In this document: positions 25,284 to 37,838 of the stretch, one piece after another | Numbering within the stretch: position 1 is the stretch's first letter | Layout of the letters: each line of letters starts with the position of its first letter | Assembly: GCF_022045235.1 (NCBI RefSeq) | Contig: NW_027266286.1 | Location: 47,430,001-47,494,000, forward strand | Origin: Haliotis cracherodii | Taxonomy: Eukaryota | DNA: 64,000 nucleotides | Direction of reading: 5' to 3' | The notes under the pieces: generated by a model | Database searches by the model: none | Told to the model about the DNA's origin: nothing | What the model saw: the letters and a program-made list of their open reading frames with translations, nothing else | Position numbers and translations under genes: made by a program

Positions 25284-25576
25284 GCTAAAGTTTGTACACA
25301 GTGTTAGAAATTGAGGGGGTCATTTATTCCTCGAGGTCTCCTGCTCAAGCATTGGTAATCTGGGGACTCCTAAATCTCCAGTTTCCATATTGGTTTTGCT
25401 GGATGTCCTGACCTTAATAAGTAAGGTCCAGAGAATAAAAAAAAGCTGGTACTGTTTCAAACTGCTCTCAAGCCCCACCCTGACACCTCCTCGGATTATT
25501 AAATGGTCAGTCCACCTTAGGTCTGTCTGTAGGATTGTACTGTCTGTAGGATTGTACTGTCTGTTTGTGCTTCCAG

Positions 25577-25696
25577 GGGCTGTGAACGGTCCGACATCTC
25601 CAAGCACCTGCTGATACACCAGGACCCCAAGCATGTATGTGAAGTGTGTGGCAAGGCGTTCCGCCATGTGAAGAACAAGGAGCTCCACGTGAAGAG
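25577..25696 (+). CDS. Zinc-finger gene coding exon D: GCERSDISKHLLIHQDPKHVCEVCGKAFRHVKNKELHVK(R)
   Basis: Acceptor cttccag, donor gtaggc; 120 bp phase 2-2 exon completing finger 6 and carrying most of finger 7. Confidence 0.93.
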
Positions 25697-26062
25697 GTAG
25701 GCCTGACAGCAGGGCCGGTCCCTGTCACTTCCCCTCCACCACCGTGTCACTTACTACACTCTAGTTCCGTGTTGGTGGCAGTACCTTACACCCAGTGCTT
25801 GCATTAAACACCAGCAAATCTCCTCATGAATTACGCTCTTACCTTAATCGCTCTTTATTACCTTGAGTGATGAGGACAGTCCTCTGCTGCACCTACAATA
25901 AATAACTTGATTTACGGAGACGCCAACTTCAAAGCTTTGCTGAAGTAAGAATTGTTAGCTCAGCAGGACTACATGTCTTTACAACATTGTCTACATTTGT
26001 TCATAATCTTTTCTGGATGAGTCTGAAACTTTAAGGTGATGTTGAGTGCCATAAAATGAAGA

Positions 26063-26300
26063 GTTTGGTTTAATGCTGATTTGAACAGTATTCCTGTTAT
26101 GTCACGGCTTGATGTGGGAGGAAAGCCCGAAGTGATGAAGGTCCATGTTTACCACTTAGTGAAACACACGAGCACGGGTATGGTGCTGACAAACCTAGGG
26201 GCAAACCAGGATTCAAACCCACAATCATAAGTTTCTGGCATGCCCAAGGGACACAACTCTGCACAGCAAACTGTGGTGCCTTGGATGACTGGGCCACTGG
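26063..26300 (-). mobile_element. Family 4 SINE, with tRNA-like A box retained
   Basis: Reverse complement matches 21502-21746; head gtggcccagtcatccaaggc resembles a tRNA A box. Confidence 0.82.
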
Positions 26301-26721
26301 GGTTTGGTTCTTGGTTCTGATTTGGGTGGGGTTCTTTTTTAAAGAAACTAAAATGTCTCGAGATCTGAATTTTTTATGGAGGAAGCAACACAGTGGGATT
26401 TAGATTTGTTTCATGTGAGATAAAAAATAATATGAATAAAAATCTTTAAGAACCATCTCGTCAAAACCAAAGGCAAAGTGTCTTGAACGTGGATGTGTAT
26501 GTAGCTTAGTTATTTATGTGGCTAAAGGCATGCAACTTTGTGTTTCTGAATTGTACTACATTGGCCATGTCTTTCCCCAAACTGGAAGTGTTGTCGTTAA
26601 ACCAGAAGTGCATATATATATATATATATGTATCTTATTCTGGTAGATAGAGACAAGAGACGTAAGGAACTTTTCTTTGTACTGCATGAGCAAAAATAGT
26701 CATGTGTTTTCACAAACCAGA

Positions 26722-26843
26722 TGTTTGTTTGTTTGTTGTTTAACGCCGCACTCAGCAATGTTCCAGCTATATGACTGCGGTCCAGACAATCCAGTGATTG
26801 ACGTCATGAGCATCGATCCACACAATTAGGATATGATATCATG
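26722..26843 (-). mobile_element. Family 1 retroposon 3' fragment
   Basis: (GTTT)n followed by taacgccgcactcagcaat..ccagacaatccagtgattgac. Confidence 0.8.
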
Positions 26844-29800
26844 AACCTGGAAGTGCATATAGTTTTTATATTGAGGTAGATTGAGATGTGGGACTTTCTT
26901 TATTGAGGTAGATAGCAATGTGGGACTTTCCATATTTAGGTAGAAAAGAACGTAGGACTTTCTTTATGAAGGTAGAGTGACATGCGACTTTTGTTTGTAT
27001 CCTCGAGAGATTATTCTGCAGAAGCGAACACAGACACCAGCACTTGACTCACTGATTTGCAGATCTAAGAAATAGTTCCTAAACATGACAGTACTCTTTT
27101 CATTTTTAAGTACATGAGGCAGGCAGAGCATCCCCTACCACTCCACCTCAGTTAAACCGCTGATCGTCTATAACACTCATCAATTATTGGGACCCCAAAG
27201 GTAGTGTCGTAGCGAGGGTCACTGTATGTGTTTCCTTAATTCCATTAGTATATGCACTTCAACAGTTATTGGGAGTACTGAGCCAAAATAATATTGTTTT
27301 TAGTTTTACATCAGTATATTTAAGATGATAATACCAATTAAATTGCTTATGACCTTCTATTCATATATTCAGCATTCAGGCATTTTGGAAATGCAAAATA
27401 ACACTATTACACAGGCTGTGAGATCTCAATTGAACAGAAAATTAAAAAGGCTTTAATTATCACAAATGTATTTTAAATTGTTTTCATAATAGCTGACACT
27501 CCCCCAACTGCACTGAGGAAAGTTGAAATATTTCATACAGACTTAATGGTTTGACCCCCTACATGTGTCGACATGTGTCATAATGTTTTCACAGGTAATG
27601 GTCAGACCCTTTTTCAAGTTTGTAAAAGAATTACATGGATATATATGTAAAACAAATGTATTTTAAATTACTTACATAATATTTGAAGTAAAGGATTGAG
27701 AAGTGGGCGAGAGCAGTTAAACAAATCAAAAGCATTGTGATGTGAAATGGCATTTTTCATGAACTTTTGAATTACTTTTAAAAGGTTTGCTATTTCTGGA
27801 CTTAGTGTGTATGTGAGGGTGTGGTTTTTAAATGTGTATTTCTCTGTTGTTAGTTGACAGTAAGTACACAGTGGGTCTCTATAGCCAGATCAACACGATA
27901 CAGCTAATCACACGTAATGCCAAATGTAAATATTTTGAGAAATTTTCTTCCACATTTGGGAAATATTTTGATATTTGTATTTCACCTCCAGAGGGGTAGT
28001 TCGCTAGTTCACTCACATGGCGTAAATTGACAACACATTTTGACCTCCTCTTATGAAAGTCCTATTTCGAGATTCAGAAGCATGTGAAAAAAACACCGCC
28101 ATGAGGAAACAATCTTTATTACTTCCCCTTTCTTCTGAATATTGAGAAGTCAGCAAAAAAGTCAGTTTTGGATAAATGAGAAATATAACTGTATATAATG
28201 ATATTCGTTCACATTTTATGGATCTAAGAAATAAAATAAAAAATCAAACTTTTTAAGCGATGAATTTGATTGAAAAATTGTAAGATCTAAATGAAAAGAA
28301 ATGGAATGGTTCTGAATGTCAAAGGTACTCCCTAGACGGGAAGTATCAACTTACCTCTTTTCCTCTTCAGATGTCAAAGGTAAAATTATTTTTTAAATAA
28401 ACAAATTACCATTTTATTCTCTAAATAACTTGCTATTGTGTGAGTGGCACCAATCACTTCAAAAACACCTATCACTTGAATTATCATGATCCTTTTTCAA
28501 TTCAATATTTCACTAAATATTAACTTGGTTTTAGATTTTGGTTCCACAAGGTTACTTTTTCCAACTGTGCATTTTATTGGTATTTTTTACAAAGTCAAAG
28601 GTATTTGAATTATTATTTGGGGACACTAATTATCATTTCTAGACTATGGCTTGTTGTAGTCATACATGGTCGGTCATTACCAGTGTATATTGTACATCCT
28701 GGCATGTGATATCGATCATACTGGCCGAGTGACCATTTCCTGCTTACTTACTAGCCATTACCTGACCTTTGATGTAACCTTTGACCAATATGTCACTTCC
28801 TGTTGGCGGAGATGGACGCAATATGACCCAGTGCTTTACATTTCATGTGGCCATTTTCTCTCTGGCAAGCCCGGTAGGAATGCTTACAGGTGTGAGAGGC
28901 TGTGTGTGAATGTGTGTGGATGGTTAACTCTCTGACTCGAGGCTATCAACCACCAGCTTCTTCAACATAGGCTGGTCTTGTCTGGCATTAATACCGGACA
29001 TTTGCACGGTTTCCACATTAAATGGCACTGTAGTTGAGTCGGGGTCCAAGTTGCCCATGAGGATAGTGTTAGTTTCTTTGTTACAGTTCCATGTAAACAG
29101 TGCTGGGTTGGCTGCAGATGGTGGGCATAAGATGGGCAGTGAGGATGTCACAAGAAGTTTAGATAATTCTTCTTTAAGGGCTCAGGGAATTATCAAGGAT
29201 TTCAAACTGTGCCCTGGCAGGAGAATAGGGGGAAAAAGTGTTATTTTGTCCAAAATTGAAGAAAAATAAAATAATTTATTTTCTAAAATTCTTAGGTATT
29301 TTTAATGTTGTATTTTGAGACTGCATTCAATGTACTCTTGTCAAACTACTGGGAAGCATTCAAAGCCTCTTCCTCTTCATTGGTATCTCTTCATTGGTTA
29401 TTGTTCTTGGTGCTCTCCTTTTGAAGTAACTGGCAATACATAGATTATTCACATAACATTCGAAATACAGAGGGATTTGGGCAGGATCAGTTATGAAAAG
29501 CTGATTTTAACAGTTTGATGGGACACAGCATTTGGTCCTACATTTAGATAGTTGCAAGTCGTGAATGACAACTGTGCTTCTCCCTGAACAGAAACAATTA
29601 CCATCTATTTTGAAGCTATATGGTTCCCTTGGTCCTGATGCAGACTTCATCATTATCATAGTCTATAATATTTTCATTTCTGTTCAATTACATAAAGAAT
29701 TGATTACATCTCAAAAGTTTCACAGCTATTTGTTTTCAACCATTGTACAGATGACACCAGACAATGCTTTTTCTTTTTTAAGGTATGAATTATTATTAAT

Positions 29801-29892
29801 CATATTTAACATTTCCTACCAGAATATGATGTCTTTGGTTAATTGAGTTTTGTTTTTGCTGTTTGCTATGAAATTGTTTTTTTGGCTTTCAG

Positions 29893-30049
29893 ACACAACG
29901 GTCAGAGAGACTATAAGTGTGGAGTGTGTGATTTCTACGGGTACACCTTCACTGATATTCGTAAACACATCGAGAGGAAACATGCTGATATCAAGACCTT
30001 GGTCTGCGACAAATGTGGTTCCGCGTTCAAGTCCGAGGCTCTGCTGAGG
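29893..30049 (+). CDS. Zinc-finger gene coding exon E: HNGQRDYKCGVCDFYGYTFTDIRKHIERKHADIKTLVCDKCGSAFKSEALLR
   Basis: Acceptor ctttcag, donor gtaggt; overlaps track ORF 29843..30157. Confidence 0.93.
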
Positions 30050-30489
30050 GTAGGTGGCGCTCTGAGGAAGTCATGCACATGTGTCGCTACTTGGGGCGTA
30101 ACATTGAACGTGATCGTGATGGGCCAAAGGTGCAGAAACTATTTGCCTGGGTCCTAATCGGCATTGTTACGAGATCGCTATTGTTTTGGTTACGTATTGC
30201 TTGAGGATTAAGAATGTTAGATTTGCTCTTTTTGTTTTGAATTATTCGCTGATATTTGATAGAGACATAACAGGTGGTAAATATAGGAGGTTATTTGTGC
30301 AAACAGTCGGTCTCAATCACGGTGGTGAATACTGTATTCATGTTGTTTCTAGTGGACACAGATTTCCTGGGTTGCCCACTGATATCATGTACCACCCCTG
30401 CCCTCTGAGGGGAGAGTCCTAACTTGTCCCTGACCTACGGGCAGATGAAGCACCCCACCCCCTCCCAGGCAGGCAGAGTTGTTTCAAGC

Positions 30490-30986
30490 CCTCTCACCCA
30501 GGGACAGTCATTACAACCCTTCTCACCCAGGGGGAGTCATTACAACCCTTCTCACCCAGGGACAGTCATTACAACCCTTCTCACCCAGGGGGAGTCATTA
30601 CAACCCTTCTCACCCAGGGACAGTCATTACAACCCTTCTCACCCAGGGACAGTCATTACAACCCTTCTCACCCAGGGACAGTCATTACAACCCTTCTCAC
30701 CCAGGGACAGTCATTACAACCCTTCTCACCCAGGGGAGTCATTACAACCCTTCTCACCCAGGGACAGTCATTACAACCCTTCTCACCCAGGGACAGTCAT
30801 TACAACCCTTCTCATCCAGGGGGAGTCATTACAACCCTTCTCATCCAGGGGGAGTCATTACAACCCTTCTCACCCAGGGACAGTCATTACATCCCTTCTC
30901 ACCCAGGGGAGTCATTACAACCCTTCTCACCCAGGGACAGTCATTACAACCCTTCTCACCTAGGGACAGTCATTACAACCCTTCTC
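30490..30986. repeat. Minisatellite, 29-bp unit x~17
   Basis: cagtcattacaacccttctcacccaggga. Confidence 0.96.
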
Positions 30987-31852
30987 CTTGTTGCCTGCCT
31001 CCTCACCCAGGGATTATCAATACCATTCCTGACCCATCTATGTCTTTGGTGAACCTGACACTGATATATAACTTTATAAATAAAATAATCATCAGTTTGA
31101 TGAGAAGATGCTTGAAGAACCATCATTTCAATTGAATATTCAACTCATAAATTCTACACTTGGCACACACAGTCTCTGAAACTGTTACTTTAGGGTGGCC
31201 AAAGATTTACTGATCTGAGTGTGATCTGTGTTTTTGTCAAGATGAAAGGAAAACTGATGAGTTGACAATTTTTTGATAAAACCATACACGTTTGAGGTTA
31301 GATACAAGAAAGAAAAAATCTGAATATAATTTCTCAGAACTGTTTCAGATTACACGAAAACTTATGATTTTCGTATTTTTTCCTTAAATATGTTGAAACG
31401 TAAGATACAAGCAGGGAGATTTGATCGTGATCTGCAATAGCTGTATAGTTAGGGTAATGGGTTTGTGAGGCTTATGTTGAACGAAAGTGATGAGTCGTCA
31501 CATTCTATCACAGCCGGTATAATCTCCAGTAAGAATGTCCTGGACAGGATTGGATGACAGTTCCAGCTGCCAGCCCTTTGCAGACTCAAGTGGAGTCTTT
31601 GTGCATGTGGATATTTTGTGAATTTCATTGACAATTTTTGTGTTGAAACAAATTCTGCAGAAGAGCATGCCACGTGCTGAGAGGCCTAGACAGCCAATCA
31701 GCTGCTCAAGACATAACACCACAAATAGGTTTTATAACTAATGAATTAAGAGTCTGTCGGTTAAGTTACAAATCGGGCAAAATGTGCACATTTGGTGTTT
31801 TCATGCTTTTATAAACTGGAGATTATTACATTGCAATAGAAGCCAGTGGTGC

Positions 31853-32890
31853 ATGGCAGGTCTGGTGGAGATATGTGGAGGGCGTAGGAGGGACAGCAGG
31901 GATGTCTGACAGAGATGTACACAGCTGACAGGGAGGGTAGGGGTACAGGGACGGTAGGGGGACAGGCAGGTCTGGCAGACACACAGGGAGGGTAGGGGTA
32001 CAGGGACGGTAGGGGGACAGGCAGGTCTGGCAGACATACAGGGAGGGTAGGGGCACAGGCAGGTCTGGCAGACATACAGGGAGGGTAGGGGGACAGGCAG
32101 GTCTGGCAGACATACAGGGAGGGTAGGGGCACAGGCAGGTCTGGCAGACATACGGGGAGGGTAGGGGGACAGGCAGGTCTGGCAGACATACAGGGAGGGT
32201 AGGGGGACAGGCAGGTCTGGTAGAGACTTACAGGGAAGGTAGGGGAACAGGGATGGTAAGGCAAAAGGGATGGTAGGGGCACAGGCAGGTCTGGCAGACA
32301 CACAGGGAGGGTAGGGGCAAAGGGAGGGTAGGGGCACAGGCAGGTCTGGCAGACACACAGGGAGGGTAGGGGCAAAGGGAGGGTAGGGGCACAGGCAGGT
32401 CTGGCAGACATACTGGGAGGGTAGGGGGACAGGCAGGCCTGGTAGAGACTTACAGGGAAGGTAGGGGAACAGGGATGGTAGGGGCAAAGGGAGGGTAGGG
32501 GGACAGGCAGGTCTGGTAGAGACATACGGGGAAGGTAGGGGAACAGCGAGCAGGTCTGGTAGAGACTTACAGGGAAGGTAGGGGAACAGGGATGGTAGGG
32601 CAACAGGGAGGGTAGGTGCACAGGGAGGGTAGGTGCACAGGCAGGTCTGGTAGAGACGTACAGGGAAGGTAGGGGAACAGCGAGCAGGTCTGGTAGAGAC
32701 TTACAGTAAGGGTAGGGGGAGAGGGAGCAGGTCTGGTAGAGACGTACTGTAAGGGTAGGGGAACAGGCATGTCTGGCAGATGTACAGGGAGGGTAGGGGG
32801 ACAGGGAGCAGGGAAGTGCAGAGAGGTACAGGGAGAGTAGGGGGACAGGAAGAAGCCCTGGCAGGGTCATACAGGGAGGGTAGGGGACAC
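31853..32890. repeat. G-rich compound minisatellite, ~38-bp unit with shorter sub-units
   Basis: cagggagggtaggggSacaggcaggtctggcagacata. Confidence 0.93.
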
Positions 32891-33267
32891 CAAGTGGGGA
32901 ACTCATCACCCGGCAGAGCTGCTTTCAGAGGGGAAACAGAGCACTTGAAATAATATACTTAGGCTGTGAATTGGAATTTTAGGAGAAACATGAAATAATT
33001 ATTTTTTAGTCTAAAGAACATAAGCCTGATATAATCCCAGCTTGTTCCACGGCTTTTGGAAGAAGAAAAAACTGTAAAGTAATATGGATGTTCAGCTCAG
33101 GATATTTCAGCTATGCAACATTCGTAAACAACATATATTTGCCCAGCTGTGTAGAAGAACTAAATGTTGATAGAAATGAGATGAACTCCCCATCAAATAA
33201 AGGCACTATCAGGCTACAATTTCTGATCAGTTCATCAAACTATGACCTTGAAAAACACAGGTCTACA

Positions 33268-34575
33268 TTCCATGGTGTTCCACCCCTACCACTGTAAAGC
33301 ACAGACCTTCCACGGTGTTCCACCCCTACCCTTGTAAAGCATAGACCTTCCACGGTGTTCCACCCCTACCCTGGTAAAGCACAGACCTTCCACGGTGTTC
33401 CACAGCTACCCTTGTAAAGCACAGAGCTTCCACGGTGTTCCACCCCTACCCTGGTAAAGCACAGACCTTCCACGGTGTTCCTCCCCTACCCTTGTAAAGC
33501 ACAGACCTTCCATGGTGTTCCACCCCTACCCTTGTAAAGCACAGACCTTCCACGGTGTTCCACCCCTACCCTTGTAAAGCACAGACCTTTCATGGTGTTC
33601 CACCCCTACCCTTGTAAAGCACAGACCTTCCACTGTGTTCCACCCCTACCCTGGTAAAGCACAGACCTTCCACGGTGTTCCACACCTACCCTTGTAAAGC
33701 ACAGACCTTCCACGGTGTTCCTCCCCTACCCTTGTAAAGCACAGACCTTCCACGGTGTTCCACAGCTACCCTTTTAAAGCACAGACCTTCCACTGTGTTC
33801 CACCCTTACCCTTGTAAAGCACAGACCTTCCACGGTGTTCCTCCCCTACCCTTGTAAAGCACAGACCTTCCACAGTGTTCCACTCCTACCACTGTAAAGC
33901 ACAGACCTTCCACGGTGTTCCACAGCTACCCTTTTAAAGCACAGACCTTCCACGGTGTTCCACCCTTACCCTTGTAAAGCACAGACCTTCCACGGTGTTC
34001 CTCCCCTACCCTTGTAAAGCACAGACCTTCCACAGTGTTCCACTCCTACCACTGTAAAGCACAGACCTTCCACGGTGTTCCACACCTTCCCTTGTAGAGC
34101 ACAGACCTTCCACTGTGTTCCACCCCTACCCTTGTAAAGCACAGACCTTCCACGGTGTTCCACCCCTACCACTGTAAAGCGCAGACCTTCCATGTAGTTC
34201 CACACCTACCCTTGTAAAGCACAGACCTTCCACAGTGTTCCACTCCTACCACTGTAAAGCACAGACCTTCCACGGTGTTCCACACCTTCCCTTGTAGAGC
34301 ACAGACCTTCCACTGTGTTCCACCCCTACCCTTGTAAAGCACAGACCTTCCACGGTGTTCCACCCCTACCACTGTAAAGCGCAGACCTTCCATGTAGTTC
34401 CACACCTACCCTTGTAAAGCACAGACCTTCCACGGTGTTCCACCCCTACCCTTGTAAAGCACAGATATTCCATCTAGTTCCACACATACATTTGTAAAGC
34501 ACAGATTTTCCACGGTGCTTCACACATACCCTTGTAAAGCACAGACGTTCCATATAGTTCCTTACATACCCTTGG
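33268..34575. repeat. Minisatellite, 40-bp unit x~32 with a 200-bp higher-order duplication
   Basis: acagaccttccacggtgttccacccctacccttgtaaagc; block ~34021-34220 repeats at ~34221-34420. Confidence 0.96.
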
Positions 34576-34844
34576 AATGTTATGATCAATTAATGAGGAA
34601 TTTGTATACTCTCCGACTTGAACTGATTGCAAAACTTAAAAATATTATGCCTCATGTTCTTTGTGTATATTCACTGCAACATCTTGATCAAATTGAATGT
34701 TAATGAATGCATTTTCTCACTAAGTATAACTAGAACTGTGATCAATCGTTTTTCAATTGAAGTGGAAATGATCTGTGAAATATTGTAATCATGTATCATG
34801 TAACCACGACCCTGTTGATGATTAGCTTCGTGACTTGCCAACAG

Positions 34845-35088
34845 GACCACCAGAAAGACACCTGCGAGGTGCTGATGATAGAGCAGGCCCTGGCTATAGC
34901 CACATCATCAGGGGGCACCAGTCAGGCCACCATCCAGATCCCCTCCACCTTGTCAGTGGATGGCAAGCATATCACTATTGATGGACAACAGATAGCAGTG
35001 GATGACGGCCAACACATCACTATTGATGGGCAGCAGATTGCAGTAGATGGAAGTCAGGTCAACATCACTGTGGAACAAGTCATGACAG
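34845..35088 (+). CDS. Zinc-finger gene coding exon F: DHQKDTCEVLMIEQALAIATSSGG...VNITVEQVMT
   Basis: Acceptor ccaacag, donor gtagga; completes the C2HC finger (HQKDTC); internal 15-aa duplication with mostly synonymous differences. Confidence 0.88.
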
Positions 35089-35361
35089 GTAGGAATTTGA
35101 ACCTTTAGTTTCTAATCACCCCCCAACCATTCCACAAGCTGATTCTTGGAGTCTGGAAAGTTTGCCATGACTAAATGATCTTCTGCGGATCTTTCTCAAG
35201 GACAGTTTCCATGAGAATGTCAATCCATGAAACGTTTTGCTGGAATATGTTGGGTCCTGGAACTGTTTCTGTGTATTTGTAGTCTACTGGACCTGCTGGC
35301 ATGAGTGTGTGATTTTCATGTCATCCCCAAAGAAGTTTGCATATCAGTATGTAATGCCTTT

Positions 35362-35915
35362 GGAACTGATTCCATAAGTTTATCCCCTGGAACTGATTCC
35401 ATAAGTTTATCCCCTGGAACTGATTCCATAAGTTTATCCCCTGGAACTGATTCCATAAGTGTATCTCCTAGAACTGATTCCGTGAGTTTATCCCCTTGAA
35501 CTCTTTCCATGAGTTTATCCCCTGGAACTGATTCCATGAGTTTATCCCTCTAAACTGATTCCATAAGTTTATCCCCTTGAACTGTTTCCATGAGTTTATC
35601 CCCTGGAACTGATTCCATGAGTTTATCCCCTTGAACTGTTTCCATGAGTGTATCCCCTAGAACTGATTCCATAAGTTTATCCCCTGGAACTGATTCCTTG
35701 AGTTTATCCCCTGGAACTGTTTCCATAAGTTTATCCCCTGGAACTGATTCCTTGAGTTTATCCCCTTGAACTGTTTCCATGAGTTTATCCCCGGAACTGA
35801 TTCCATAAGTTTATCACCTTGAACTGTTTCCATGAGTTTATCCCTCAAAACTGATTCCATAAGTTTATTCCCTGGAACTGATTCACTGAGTGTTATTTCT
35901 TGCAATGGTTTCCAT
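35362..35915. repeat. Minisatellite, 27-bp unit x~20
   Basis: ggaactgattccataagtttatcccct. Confidence 0.95.
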
Positions 35916-36051
35916 GATGTATTCTCCCCTCAGTTCTGTTTCCAGAGCTAATGAAAGCTTATTTAAAACAATACTATCTTATGCAAAGGAGTTAAACACA
36001 TTTCAAATTGTGAGAACATTGTCCACTTAAAGTTCTCATAGCTGTTCTCTG

Positions 36052-36282
36052 CTTTGTTTGTTTGTTGTTCATGCCACAGTGAAACTCACCAGTACTCCAG
36101 CTATATTACAGTGGTGTGTAAATAATCCAATGACTGACATCATGAGCATCAATCCATGTAAATGGGATCCAATGACATGCAATCAACCCATATTGTAGAG
36201 TTGGACCACCTGATCCAGGTAGTTCTCTTACAACAAGCCGAGGTTGCTGGGGACCTCTGTTCTAACCCAGCATCCTGACAAG
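36052..36282 (-). mobile_element. Diverged family 1 retroposon
   Basis: Colinear reverse-complement match including head remnant ttctaacccag. Confidence 0.7.
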
Positions 36283-36555
36283 TGGGCTGTGCTCACCATG
36301 TTGATTTATTAGGGTGCCAGGGGCAGTAGGACGTATACCATAGAAAAGTCACTGATCAAGCAGACAATTGTGTAGACAACTGCAAAAATACATTTTTAAT
36401 ACTCCATTTTGCAAATATGGTGTCTGTTACCTATTGCCACAGCAGAAACGGAGATTGGTTGATATGTTATTTAAAGAATGTACCCATTCACCTCAGTTTT
36501 CAGGGGGTGGAGAGTGTGTGTAGCTAGTCAATGATTGAGCTCTTTGTAGAAAGAC

Positions 36556-36728
36556 AGTGGGGTAGCCTAGTGGTTAAAGTGTTCGCTCGTCACGCCGAAG
36601 ACCCAGGTTCAATTCCCGACATGGGTACAATGTGTGAAGCCCATTTCTGGTGTCCCCCGCCGTGATATTGCGGGAATATTGCTAAAAGCGGCATAAAACC
36701 AACACTCACTCACTCACTCACTCACTCA
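36556..36728 (+). mobile_element. Family 2 SINE (5' end apparently displaced to 36320 by ~230 bp of extra sequence)
   Basis: Consensus body and (ACTC)n tail; 28-bp direct repeat at 36292-36319 and 36729-36756. Confidence 0.9.
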
Positions 36729-37039
36729 CTCACCATGTTGATTTATCAGGGTGCCAACACATGATTGAAGTAAACAGTTATTGTATCAAATGAATTCTGT
36801 AGAGAATTCATGTTTGATTCTGCAGCAAATGGTACAATAATTTGATTATTTGATTGGAAATCTGAGCACTCCTGTGAAAAATCTTTCGGCTCCCTATTGG
36901 ATTTAGTGTTCCAAGCACTGTAGCCCATGGCCAGTACAGTGTCTAGTGTGGGAGGCCACTAGTGGGTGAGTAACAAGAGTATATTCTGTCATTAGATATA
37001 TTGTATATTTATGATATGTGTGATTCTCCACACTATGGG

Positions 37040-37166
37040 AGGGGTGGGATAACTCAGTGGTTGTTGATCTGTTCACTCGCACACCGAAGACCAAGGCTCC
37101 CGATTGTGTGAAGTCGATTATCAGTGTCACCCAAAGGGCTGTCGCCTGAATAGTGTGGTAAAACCT
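37040..37166 (+). mobile_element. Degraded family 2 SINE
   Basis: Remnants tcagtggtt, ccgaagacc, tgtgtgaag, gtaaaacc. Confidence 0.6.
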
Positions 37167-37290
37167 TTCTCAGTCCTTCACTACCTCATTCATACTAGGT
37201 GTAAAGAGAACTTCACAATCAAGTTACCAAAATAGTGCTTGTACCAGCTGCCTTCAAACTCGATTGCTGCTGTACAACATGAAAAGTCCA

Positions 37291-37399
37291 AGGCCCCGTT
37301 CCACAAAGCAATCTTAGCACTGGGGTGATCATTAGTCCCATACTCTAACATAGGTTTACAATCATTGTAGCGCTAAGATCGCTTTGAGGAACGGGGCCT
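37291..37399. mobile_element. 109-bp palindromic MITE
   Basis: TIRs aggccccgttccacaaagcaatcttagc / gctaagatcgctttgaggaacggggcct. Confidence 0.82.
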
Positions 37400-37499
37400 G
37401 TCAGGTTTATTATGACTAGTTATTAGTCTATCGAGTAGAAGCCAGTGTGGATAATGAAGGAGTTGTGTTCTAATGCTGTTGCAACTGAGTGGCAAGAGA

Positions 37500-37838
37500 T
37501 TGCCTCTGTTTTAAGTCAATAAAGCATCTGCTCGGAGAGTGCAAGATTGGTGGTTGGATCCCTGGCTGTGTCATACCATAAGATGTTATAAGATGGTACT
37601 TGTTGTTTCCCTGCCTGTCACTCTGCATTAATAGATAAAACAAGGACTGGCTGGCTCGGTGTCAATAAACTGTGTATGAGTTGGGTTTTCGTGTTAGAAC
37701 TGTGGCTTGCTATCTGGCCTGCCACTATAAAAACGGTGCTAGAACAAGCATATGCACTCATGCACACATGCACATGCATGCACATTGCACTATCTTAAAT
37801 AAGTGCAATAATCTTGAACGCCACACCTCACCTCACTC
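37500..37838 (+). mobile_element. Family 3 SINE, diverged copy
   Basis: Colinear with 15117-15444, including aaaacaaggactgg, taagtgcaataatcttg and the cacacctcac tail. Confidence 0.7.

Noticed and set aside
29843-30049. Naming the gene ZNF407, ZFAT or CTCF
   Set aside because: Only short remembered motif similarities; finger order and sequence do not support orthology without a search.
31801-32909. Pro-rich 366/228-aa minus-strand ORFs
   Set aside because: Artefact of a G-rich repeat lacking stop codons.
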